This document shows, piece by piece, positions 27,768 through 40,067 of a stretch of DNA of 64,000 nt; positions within the stretch are counted from its first letter, which is position 1; the number at the start of each line of letters is the position of its first letter. The notes beneath the pieces are model-generated. The model searched no databases and had not been told where the DNA came from. It saw only the letters and a list, made by a program, of their open reading frames with translations. The position numbers and the translations under genes are program-made. The DNA lies in contig MNCI01000527.1 of NCBI GenBank assembly GCA_015680685.1, forward strand, positions 1-64,000, in the 5' to 3' direction. This stretch comes from Gnetum montanum (Eukaryota > Plantae > Gnetophyta).

Positions 27768-28801
27768 TAAGGCTCCTAAAGAAAGTTCACTTCATGAATA
27801 AATCACCTTCAATATACTAAATCCAAATATTATGCAAAGATAAAATTATTTGCTAGAAAATAAGAAAAGTAGCTATCTTTAATTAATTTATTAGAAGATT
27901 ACAATAGGGCTCACATAACCCAAAGCATCCAAAACCTATCACACTCAAATGATATTGCAGAGCATGAGGTTCTATAACCACACAATGGTTGTTCTTAATA
28001 TAAGACACAACCAATAAAAATCTCTCCCATAACTCAGGATTGAGATCTCAACTCATAAGTGAGATACAAGAGAATAGAACACATAGACCAACATGTCACA
28101 AGCTAATCTTAAATTTGTAATCACCAATTGAACTCATCCAATATGCTCATCTAATCTCTCTTTCCCAGCTTTCCACTTTCACTTCTATTGCATACAAGCT
28201 CTCTCCTTGCATACCTGCTCTTCTTTCATCTCATGGATGGATAAATATATAATTATAGAGATCCAAAAACCTAGGAAGCTTTCTATTTATCTTCATATAT
28301 GTTTCCCATAAGGATCTAAAATCTTTCATATGCTTCCTAATCAAAATGCTACGTTAGAGCCTTTTTCTTTATTGTCTTAGATGTCTCTAGTTTCACATAC
28401 ACATCTACTATGAAAGCCCTACTTTCAAAAGAGACGTCTACTATTTTTTGTAGATGTTTACTTTGGTCCATAAACATATGCACTTGAAGATATATGTCTA
28501 AGGTGAGATGTCTATCTTTCTTGATAGATGTCTATCCTATAGGTGCCAAAAATAAAAATGCTCATTTTAATACTTGAAGCCTTTGGATGTCTTCTAACAA
28601 GGACTCATAGATCCTAAAACCCCATAAACTCATCAAAATGAGCCAAAAACACCTCCAAAAATGCCAAAACATCTAAGAATCATCATCATCAAAAATCAAA
28701 AAAAGAAGACACACTTGTCCAAGTCTTCTTTAAGCATGAAAACCTACAAAAAAAACTTGTAAAATAAACACAAGGGAATCAGAAGAGGTGTTTGTACACC
28801 A
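27768..28801 (-). repeat. 3' LTR of element A
   Basis: Homologous to 59339-60376 and preceded on the minus strand by a PPT. Confidence 0.85.
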
Positions 28802-29033
28802 AATCTTCCACCCTTCAAAAAGTGAACTCATGTGAACAAGGGAGTAAGGGTCGAAGTGATCCCCTACTCAACAAGTTTAGTCTCATGGATTCATACAGCA
28901 TCATTAGCAAATTAATCCTTTTAATGGTCCAAGTATTCATGCCTCTTGACTCCATGAGTGCTAGAAGCTTCCTTTTGCTTGAGTACGATTTTCTTCCTCT
29001 CCATTGAAGGCTTGGACTAATTAATAGCCCCCT

Positions 29034-29548
29034 TCAACTCATCAATGCTATCATGTATGGTCTTCTCATTAGATGATCCATGATAGTGCACAACATTTGA
29101 AACATTAACACAAAATACATACAAGAATATTTTGGTAAATCAATTTCAAAAGCATTATCATTAATTTTAGCCTTAATATTGAAAAGCCTCATATTCTTTG
29201 CTTTCAATTTGGAATAGTTAATACCTCTCAAATGCTTCTTATTCAAGTGCATCCAAACCAAGTCACCAACAACAAAATTAGGCTTCTGCTTACCCTCATT
29301 CCTCTTGAGAACCCTCTCTTCAACATTCTTCTCAAGATATGATTTTACTTGTGCATGGAGATCCCTCATCTCTTACACAAAATCAACACTAAGTTAGCTT
29401 CACCATCAAATCTCTTCAAAGTGTCCACCATCTTTGGACAAAACTTGAAATTCATCTCAAATGGGCTTTTGCTAATAGCAACATGAAAAGCCTTATCATA
29501 TGAAAACTCAACATTCTTAATATTGGTATTGGAAAGATTCTTACTCAC
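29034..29548 (-). pseudogene. Integrase C-terminal remnant of element A
   Basis: EFSY...SPFE and VGDLVWMHL...SKLKAK...KINDNAFEIDLP, typical of a chromovirus/CRM integrase tail. Confidence 0.8.
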
Positions 29549-30817
29549 TCTTCCTCCATCATCAAAATCATAATTTAGATTATCTTCATGCTATTCATCC
29601 ATTATATAGCCAAGAAAATCAATATCATCACTATCAATGTCCACATCAACATTAATAATGATCTTCTCATAATGACTACTACTATAGAATTATCATTAAG
29701 AAAATTAACATTATTATTCTTGATCTTACCAACAATGGCATCAAAAGTTACATTACTTTCACATGCATAACATAACTTAAAACTTCATCACAATCACCAC
29801 AATGATCATGATGCTCATCATCAAAATGGAAGAAATGACTACCAAGATGAAGTAAAAAACTAGAATCCAACACACTAGGTACCACATAAGAGATATTGCT
29901 ATCATCTACAAGGTTACACTTAGACTCACTTACCTCTTAATGGCTTCTCTTATCCATCTTTGGTTCAACTTGATCTTTAACATGTGGCTATCCACTCTCA
30001 TCAAAGCTTAAGTTTCCAGATTCCACATAGAAGTCTCCAACTCCAATGATTTCTCCTCTTTCAAGGAATCATTAATAGCTTCCATAGTTCACTTTAGAGG
30101 TACCAACTAAAAGATAAATTCTTATCCATGGCTTAAACATCAAATTCATCACCCAAGTAGTCATTCTTTCACATACCTTAGCTAGAAGACTCTCCTCTCT
30201 CCCATGAGGTATCCTTACCTTGGAAAAAAAATATTTTTTCCTTGCCACAAGATATAGAAAAATTGTACAAAAATGAGTATCATACCCTCTAGTGATGCTC
30301 TTGATCATTATTGAAGAATTTCATTGATCCTTTCCACTCCTTTGGCCTTGATCTTTCACCTTTCATAACTTATCAGGTAAGAACTCTTCTTCATCAACTA
30401 CATACACCATCTTGGATTGTTAAGATTTCTTAGTCTCTTTGATGAAGTTGTTTGTTCCCTCTTCTAAAAATTTTGAATATTGAGCACTTCTTTGCTCAAT
30501 AAGATATTCTTGAGAACTCCTTTTCTCATTGATCTCTACTTCACCAAACCTTTTATCTTCCTTCTTGAACACCTTGAAAAATTTTTCCTTCAAGCCTAAC
30601 ACACCTGTAGGAAGTTTAGCCTATACATCATCATGGTTAGTAGTAATTGCTATCATGACAAAAAAATCAAAATCAATTTCATCATGTTTCTTAATATATT
30701 CCCTCTCTCCTAGAAGGGTTAAGAAACCATTAAGTAAGTTTTGTTGCTTCACTTGTTCAACTATCATAGGAATCAAATCATGGATTCCATCAAGTCTAAC
30801 AATATTCCACACATTTC

Positions 30818-31110
30818 TTATTCCATAAAACTATCAATAATTACCTTAGCACAATCTATTAGAAGAACATTGCACCTCACAACATCATGAAAACTTCCAA
30901 TTTTAAATTTCAAGGTACATTGTTCCCTCACCTCTTGGAAAAAATATTTAGACAACCAATGCACCATATAGGGTCTCAAATGAGGATTAATTACCAAACC
31001 CAATATAGCAACTACCCTAGAAGAAATAACATTTTCTTGGGCTCCCCCATCAATTAAAACACAAAGATATTCCCCACTAAGTAAACAACTAGTTCCAATC
31101 TAAAATAACA
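30818..31110 (-). pseudogene. Aspartic protease remnant of element A
   Basis: LCVLIDGGAQENVISS...LGLVINPHLRPYMVHWL, a CRM-like protease. Confidence 0.8.
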
Positions 31111-34100
31111 ATTTCCTATCAGGATGATCTCCTCTATTTACATTCCCCAAGAATGTAAAACAATTTGTGGATCATTGAACCTAGAAGGGGGAAATAAATA
31201 GGTTCCCTAAATTAAAAATTTTTGAGACAAAGTAGACTTAACATTGTTTTCCAACTTGGGTAGTCCACACTCATAGGGTAGATCGCAAGCACATCTTCGA
31301 ACTTTGTTGCTCTTAAATGTGGTTTGAGGGTTCCACACCTTGTATAGTCTTCAAGCCCCACTGCAAAGTATTGTGATGCAAAAATAACCACTCAACACCA
31401 CATGGTCCCATCAAGCTTGGAATGTGGTTTCCAAGCTTCCACAACCTTTACAATCCTAAGCTCCACTTTGGAGTGTTTTTTTTTCTTTTTTTTTCTTTTT
31501 TTTTTTGCAATACCAATTACTCAATCTTGCAAGATCTTGACAAGTTCAAGCAAGATGCCTTCCTGCAAGAAGCACATCAACCCTACAAGGCAACAATGGA
31601 GAACAATTACAAGGGATGAATGTAACTTAGTTTGTTGATCCTTGCACTTTGAGGTACAACACACTTAATAATGATCAAAAGATAGAATAATGAAGAGGAA
31701 TAAAATTTACAATGATTGACAAATGATTATACCATGATTGTAGTAAAGTTAGCACTTTTCCTAATGCATATGATTTCTTCTTATAGCTACCATGTTTCTA
31801 AATCCATCTTGAAGCTCATGTAATAGCTAGCCAATGATCATGGAAGACATCTTCTTCATGCCTAAGACATCCTTCTATTTTTGCCTTCTATTTAGGAAAG
31901 ACGTCCTTATTTGGAAAAAATTTCTTTCTAAAATCTCCATTTTGGAAAGACGTCTTTGTCTAATGAAAGACATCTTTCTAAAACTAGCCTACATTCTGTG
32001 AAGACATCTTTGCCTAATGGAAAACATCTTTACCTGTTGAAAGATGTTTGCTATTTTTTGAAGACATATTTGCCTTTGTTCACTCCAATTCTACCAAGAC
32101 ATCTACTATTTCTTAGAGATGTCTTTCTTCAACCTTCCTTTGCATGATGAATTCTTCATTCCTTGTCCATAACCTTGAGCTTCTACATGCTTCAATGATG
32201 ACAACTTTGCTTGTGAAGTATTTGGTGCTTATCCATGTTCTTTGGAATTCTTGCATGTTCATTTGAGACCTTGTGAATGACCTTCTTCCTTGAGCTCTAA
32301 ATTAGTTCATTCCTCATCATCAATGTAGGCTTTAGCTAATATGTATGTTTTCCTACAAACACAATAACCACACAACATGAAAACAACCTTTGACTTCATT
32401 TTACTTAACGGTTTGACACCCAAAAGGTCCAAAATCTCCTCCTTTTTGGTGATGTTCAAAACTTAAGAAAATGGGTCAATGATCATAAAAATATAACCAT
32501 ACTACTCTCCTCGTTTTTGAACAATAGCAAAAAGGATAAGACACAAAAATTGGTTAAAGAATCACCATAAAAGAGCAAATACATAACCAACAACATGAAT
32601 ATTTTTCATATTCCCTAAAACATTTAACTAAGCAAGAGTATCAATTAAAGAGCACATTTTTCAATACTAAGTTCCATGAAGAGTTATCCCAAATTTGTCA
32701 AGAACTGATCCAAGCCTTCCAAGTGATATTCAAGCTTAAGGCCTAGAAGTAGAGTATAAACTTTGAACATCAAGTAACCTGTCTCTAAATCAATATGTCA
32801 TTAGTAGTGCATGGTTCTTTGAATGTTCAAATATTCTCCATCTTTGTAGAAAAAACAACAAAATTAAAAGGCATATCTTTATGATAAGGAGAACATAGCA
32901 ATACAAGTTAACAATTTGAAACTAGCCATGCCAAATACCAAATTCTTCAACTCAAGGAAAACTAATCAAAGAATGTTTTAATGTGAACACTTTCCAAAAA
33001 TGATCATGTTCTTGCTCATATTATTTTAAGGAATAATATTACTATTTGCATTCTTTCATGAAAGTATAGGTATTTCTTACTTTAGCTTATGATCAAATAG
33101 ATGGGCTAAAGATACATTAATATTTGTTCTTATCAATTAAAAACAAATGACCTACAACTAATCCAAGAACAACACATAATTTTGATGCCAAAGACCAAAG
33201 ATAGATCACATAATAATAAGAAATCTATCTAAATGCCTCATTAACATTTGTATATGTTCACGAGAAAATATCTATCTTGAAAAAAAACACCATCAACAAA
33301 AGGATAGGGAAGTTATGAGAGAAATATGCATAGACTAGTATTTGTATAAAGTAATACAACAAACACAACATAATCATGTGTCAAAAGCAAACTAATAATC
33401 ATGCTGATAGAAAAATGTGCATACACCATTTTTACCAAAGAATATCAAGATCACAAATTCAAGACTTAGTCAACCATTAAAAAAATACCTCTTGATGTCC
33501 TTTTCTTACTCAATTTGAAATATCTTGCTATTTTAGTATTTCTTGGTTGAAGTCTTCAAAGAGTCCCCCTATATTGGTGACCTCTAAGATTATTATGGAA
33601 AATGAAAAGTAGGCTCCCCCTACACATGTGTAGCATTTCTTGGACCTTTAAGATAAACTTGTAAATCATCAAAGTACTACAACTATAGTTCACTATTAAG
33701 ATCCAATGTGGAGACTAATGTTTCCAATCATTAATATTAAAAAAATTTTTAGGGATCTTTTTATCTCATAAATAGTAAAATATTCCAAAGAACATGAACA
33801 TAGGATCATCACAATAATCTCAAATTGAAAATCTAACTAAGATTATAACAACTCAAAGACAAAATGTTCAAATGCTACACTTAATGTTTTCATAAAATGA
33901 TTTGTATCAAGCTCAAGAATGAAGGTAAAGGATGCTCTAAACACTAAACAATTATTCCATCACCTTTTTTATCTATACAAGATACAAAAAATTTGGACTT
34001 CTCAAATACTATTTTTATTAACTAGCAAGCAAAGAGATGGAAAACTTACCTTGACATACCTTACTTGTTGGAGAGAAGAGAAGATTAATGGAGTTTGAGA

Positions 34101-34199
34101 TGAGATCCCCTATCATGAAGTACCTCCTCATCTTTAGGTTCTCTTTCACTGAATTACGTGTGTGATACCTCCATTTGTTTATGTGCTTTATAATACACC

Positions 34200-35750
34200 C
34201 CTTGATCACTTATTGCATTATTTTCAATACTCCACTTCTCTTCATTCTCACTTATTGATACTTGCACAATTTTCTTACCAAAGCATTTTTGACAAGACCA
34301 AGTGTTAATCTTTCTTTGATCACCATTAGTATAGTTGAAAGTTTGCTTATAATCACAATTTTTACAAACAAATCAAATATTATCCCCATGATCAAAATTA
34401 TTAAACCTGACTATGCTTAAGCTTGAGCTTGGATTTTCATATGTTGCTTCCTCTAAATTCTCTAGCTGATTTTCAGGAGTCTTCTTTTTTTGAACATTGC
34501 TGATTTCCTTGTTAAAAGAGGTTAGTCGTTGAATCTCAGCCTTTATGTTTGAGATCTCTTCTTTCACTTCAGCACGAATAGCATTTAGCTTAGAAAGTAC
34601 TAATTTCTTTGCCTTCCTTATCAAATGATGTAAAAGAAAATTTTATTCTTTAAATTCACTATACCTCTTATCACACTTACAATCTTATTTAGCCAAATGT
34701 GAGGAATTTTCATCGATGAGTGCCATGCATACGAGATGTGAATCTTTGAAAGAATTGCATGCTTCTTCTTCACTTTGCTCACCATCATCCCACCTTGTAT
34801 AAAAGTTGGTATTTTTCAATTCCTCATCATTGGATCTATTCTTTGGTGTTACCTTGCTATTACTTGGATCACTAGGACATTTGAAGGCCATATGGTCTCT
34901 TCCTCCACAAACCCAACATTCTATAGAAGAAAAATCTAACTTAGAAACATTTAAAAAGTTTGAAAAAGTTGGATCTTGGCTTAGATGCCTCCTCATTTCT
35001 TCTTGTAATAAATCATTGTAGTTTCCTTTAGAGAAATGCAATCTCATCTTTACTACCATCATCATATTCATTTAACTCCTCCTTGGAGGTAGTCCTTATA
35101 GCAATAGGTATTTCTTGGATCACTCCTTTGCTTATGGAATTCATCTCATAAGAAATGAGATCTGTTTGAAGCTCTTCAAATTTCAATGTTGAGAAATTTC
35201 TAATTTCCTTCATAGCTATGACCTTTGGTCTAAACTCTTATTGTAAAGTTCTAATCATTTTGGTGATGGTGTTGCTTTTGGACAAATCTTTCCCTATTTC
35301 TCTAACAGCTACAACAAGATCATTAGCTCTAAAGAAATAATCCTTTATATTCTCACCTTATCTCATTTTGAGGTTATTGTACTCTCTTTGTAAAACTAAT
35401 AATTTCAACTACTTAACAATAGATATTCCCTCATAAATAGCTTCTAAAGTTTGCCAAATTTCTTTGGCTATTTTACATCTTGCTACTCTATTAAATTTAG
35501 ATTTATTCAATGCACAATATAAATAATTTTTTTCTTTTGAATGAAACATGAACTGATCCTTTTCCTCTTAGGTTCATTTCTTACGAGGCTTGATGATGTT
35601 GGTGGAGCTATCAACAAGTGGAGCATAGCCTTCAAGGATTAACTTCCACACTTCAAATTCCATGGATTTGAAGAATCCTACATTCTAGCTTTCTAGTAGG
35701 TGAGTCAAATTAGCCAAACATGGATGGCTTTGTGTAAGATGTTCCTCCAT
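34200..35750 (-). pseudogene. gag: Copia gag pseudogene with CCHC knuckle, coiled coil and C-terminal C4 motif
   Basis: Copia gag motifs (AKEIWQTLEAIYEG; LKFEELQTDLISYE), knuckle CWVCGGRDHMAFKC, and LVCMALID. Confidence 0.85.
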
Positions 35751-36558
35751 TATTCACTCTTGAAATTGATGATGACAAAGAAGAGTCCTAGGGTCTGATA
35801 CGACTTGTGGATCGTTAAACATAAAAAGTGGGGGGTAGTTGGAATGAACAAGTTCCCTAAATTAAAAATTTTTGAGACAAAGCACACATAGAAGATTTAA
35901 TGTGGTTCCCCAACTTGGGTAGTCCACACTTTGAGGGTAGATCACAAGCACATCTCTAGAGTTTATTGCTCTCAAATGTGGTTTAAAGGATCCACATCCT
36001 ATATAATCTTCAAGACTTTCTTTGAAGTGTTGTATCACAACAACAACCACTCAATCCTAAAAGGTCCTATTAGGCTTGGAATGTGGTTTTCAAGCTTCCA
36101 CAACCTTTAAAATATTAAGCTTCACTCTAGAGTGTTGTGCCACAAAATTAATCACTCAATCCCATAGGATCCCAACAAGATCAAGCAAGATGCCTTGTAC
36201 AAGAGCACATCAACCCCGCAGAGCAACAATAGAGAACAATTACAAGGGATGAATGCAACTTAGTTTGCTAATCCTTGTACTTTGAGATACAGCACACTTT
36301 AAAATAATTAAAAGATAGAATAATAAAAAGCAAAAAAGCTTACAATGAATAACAAATTATTGTATTAAAGCTAGCACTTTTCCTAATGCGTATGATGTTT
36401 TCTTATAGCTTCCATGGTTCTAAATCCATCTCAAAACTTGTGTAACGGCTAGCCAATGGTCACTACAATCATGGAAGATGTCTTCTTTGTCTTGAGATGT
36501 CTTTCTATTTTTTCCTTTTATTCTGGAAAGATCTCTTTCCTTAATCTCCATTCTGGGA

Positions 36559-36700
36559 AGACATCTTTGTTTGATGGAAGATGTCTTTCTAAAACTAGCC
36601 TGCATTCTATAAAGACATCTTTGTTTGATGGAAGATGTCTTTCTAAAACTAGCCTACATTCTGTAAAGACATCTTTTCCTAATGAAAGACATCTTTACCT
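36559..36700. repeat. ~53-bp tandem duplication within the 5' LTR of element B
   Basis: AGACATCTTTGTTTGATGGAAGATGTCTTTCTAAAACTAGCCT(G/A)CATTCT is repeated; the 3' LTR has one fewer unit. Confidence 0.75.
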
Positions 36701-37109
36701 AATGAAAGATGTCTATTATTTCTTAAAGATGTCTTTACCTCTATTCACTCCAATTCTACCAAGACTTCTACTATTTCTTAGAGATGTATTTCTTCAACTT
36801 TCCTTTGCATGATGAATTCTTTTTTCCTTGTCCATAACCATGAGCTTTCACATGCTTCAATGATCACAACTTTTCTTGTGAAGTATTTGGTCCTTGTCCA
36901 TGTTCTTTGGAAGTCTCTGCATGTTCATTTTAGACCTTGTGGATGATCTTCTCCTTTGAGCTCTAAACTAGTTTATTCCTTGTCATCAATGTAGGCTTTA
37001 GCTGATATGTACATTCTCCTACAAATATAATAACCACACAATCATGCAAACAACCTTTGAATCCATTTCACTTAATGTTTTGATGCATCAAAAGATCCAA
37101 AAAATATAA

Positions 37110-38043
37110 TTCAAAAACATCCTCAATCTTGGGAGTATTAGGATTACCTCTTTCAATAGCTTAGCTTGATGTCTCCTCCACCTCCATGGTTTGCACATAT
37201 TTGCCCTTGGCTACCTTGTAAGAAAACATTTCCATTGCTTATGTTCCCATTCTCCACACTTGAAACATTGCATTTTTTATGAGCTGCTACATACTTAGGT
37301 CCTTCTTGGTTTTACCCTTTTCATCATCTCCTTTAGTCTTCTTATCTTGGCTTCCCTCCTTGTCTTAAAATTTGGACTTGGATCCCTTCTTAGATCCAAA
37401 TCCCTTCTCCTTCCCTTTATAAGTTTTTTTGCTCCTATTTCCAAATCCACCTAATTTCTTCTTAGCTTTGAGCACCAAATCATAAGCCATATTAAGGGTT
37501 TGTGGCTCATAAAAGAACAACTCTTGCTAATATGCCATTTTAAGACCTTCTAAAAAAATTAAAGCTTGCTCATACTCCTCCCAATTTACCTTAACTTGAT
37601 GGAATAGATCATAAAACTCAATGTAGAATTCTCTGACTTCCTTGTTACCTTGCCTTAGGAATTTCAACTTCATAATGGTTTATTGTCTCTAACAAGACTA
37701 TTCAAATTTCCTTTTCAACTTGTATTTCATCAAATCCTAAGCTCTGATAGGTTTATTGTTTTATCTTTCATAACCCTGGGACTCCTTTTCCCACCAAGTA
37801 GAAGTCATACCTTCTAATCTACATTCAACAATATGTACCCTCAAGTTATTTGGTACCTCTTCCAAGTGAAAATGCTTCTCAAGAACCTCCAACCAACTTG
37901 CAAAAGCATTGGTACCATCTACACCATTGTAAGTCTTCAACTCTACATATGGAAGTCTTAAAGCATTTTTGAATGGTCTTGCAATCCTTGCCTCATCTTT
38001 GTCATCAAGCTTTCTTGAAGAAGTATTAAATACCACTAGAGCC
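37110..38043 (-). pseudogene. gag: gag of element A (capsid region and zinc knuckle); N-terminus lies at ~58961-59160
   Basis: LKTYNG...WLEVLEKHF...RLEGMTSTWW and knuckle CFKCGEWEHKQWKC (~37228-37270). Removing element C and one CTTGG restores the frame SHMRIPRALVVFNTSS. Confidence 0.85.
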
Positions 38044-40067
38044 CTTGGTGAAACACCAGCAAAAATTCATGTTGTACATTGTAACCTTCTTTTCCCAACT
38101 TGAGACAAGACCTTATTGTAAATGTGCAATTTATGATCTGTAATCTGCAATCTTGTATACTTCAACTTTTTGGGCTAAAAATGCCTTGAAAATTATTAGT
38201 GCCTTGTTTCCTAAGTGAAAAAAGGTACCTCATGTCTATATTTGGGATTGGCAACGCAAAACATGACTTGGGAATGACCAAATATGGCATGTTCATGGGT
38301 TTTTGTAGTGGTATAGCCTCAACTACACTCGAATCATCTACCCCTTAGTGTAGATGGAATTGATGGAATTTTCCCTTTTCAACCCAATGTAGTCATCAAT
38401 AAAACCCAAGAAAGATGTAGCATTGAAATTGTTGGGATTTTTCATTTCCATTTTCCAAGCAATGGCTAATGTAGTCACCCCAATTTTTCAATAGTTGCAA
38501 AATAGCAAAACAATGAAATAGTGGAATATGTGGCAGTTTCCAAGCTTGAAGTTGACCACATGTTCCAGCGACTTTAGCATATTTGGGGTTCAACATAGTA
38601 AGGATGGTGCCAACATAGTCATTAAAGTTTATTTACTATGTAAAGCAAATAGATGGGTTTTTTGGCTATGGTATTCTAGAATTACTATAAATGGAAACTA
38701 CACTAATAATGGATCACTGTTGACACCTGCAAATTGACATCAATCTATCAACAATCATGACAGTGATGTGCAGGTCCCAAAATAGCCATTTCCACCCTAT
38801 ATATATCCAACATAAATGCCTTATTCTAGTTCAACCATTTTGGCAACAACAACACTTTGTAAGCATTTGCCAATACTTAAGAGCACTTTGGAACAAACAT
38901 CTTTTCACAGCTTTATAACGCTTTTGGAAAAAATTGGTGTCTACACTAGGCAAAGAGACTCCCACATGACACCATTGCATCAAAAGAGTAACACCATTCT
39001 ATAGCCATAGTTGTAGATCTTGGTGAAAACTAGCAAGAGTTGTTGGAAATAGAAGTGATGAAAGATCTAGATTATGGAGCTTCAAGTGTAGATTACAAGC
39101 TCAAACAGACTTCAAACTCTTCATTAATGGCTTCATGCACACCCAACACATAATTTGTACCTTTTAAACTTTGTAATTTATTTTAAATTTTAATAAAGTC
39201 ATAGTTTATTGTGTGTAGATCTAATTTCACGTTTTCATTTCTATGTTGATTTTTATTTTAGATCTGTAGTTTTACTTCCATTTTCATTTTTGTTTTCTCA
39301 TTGTCTTATTTTCTCATTTTCAATTTTGTTTTCATTAACACTTCCATAAGTCCCTGGGTGATTGGATAGATCATCTAGACCACCTTCAATCCCATTTTTA
39401 GATGCCCTTAGGATTTGAGATTAAACCTATTTTGGCACTTTGGATTTTTCATTTCTGTCCCAGCAACTAAAGTTTCCATGTCCAATAATTTTCTGGTGTT
39501 AGAACGAGGGCCTTTGTCCAAATTCTTGGACATAAACCCAATACCAATTTTACTATGTTTCCATTATTCTATTATTTTATTATTCCATCATTACATTATT
39601 CTATTAAATCCAACACCTACTACCCAATCTCTTTTCCACATACCTTAGCATAGTTGTGATGATAGAGTTTGGTTTCTACTATAATTTCACATTAGTTACT
39701 AGTTTCTTGGGAACTACTGTAGTCTACTCCAAAAACTATTTTCCATTCCATTGTAGAACCTTATTCCACTTCGGAAACCCAATTCCATTAATACTTGATT
39801 CCATTGATACCTATTTTTGTTAATACATGTTTCCATTGATACCTATTTCATTTCAACAGAATAAACCACTTTTCCCATTTTCACCACTTAGTATAGTTCG
39901 TTGGGAATTGCCCTATCTACTGCATAGTACATGACCATCTACTACGTAGTATTTCACAATAGGAGTTTTCTAATTGCCTTTGCATTTTTGGTCAACTACG
40001 CTAGTAGATTATCCCACTTATTACATTCTTTACTAAAAATAGTAAAAATTGGAACCATATTTTTGAC

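Larger units (their letters stand above)
31166..37102 (-). mobile_element. Gag-only Ty1/Copia (SIRE-like) element B nested in element A
   Basis: LTRs 35806-37102 (5') and 31166-32434 (3'). Degenerate Met PBS (AGTCGTATCAGAC, minus, ~35793-35805). PPT AAAAAGGAGGAGA at ~32435-32447 plus a second PPT-like box near 32505. TSD not resolvable. Confidence 0.85.

Noticed and set aside
33250-33305. Possible Copia RNase H tail (Q-x-x-DIF) in element B
   Set aside because: Requires a frameshift and matches too few residues to call.
36456-36812. 118-aa ORF with internal repeats, similar to ORF 31956-32147
   Set aside because: The similarity simply reflects the two LTRs of element B and a tandem duplication.
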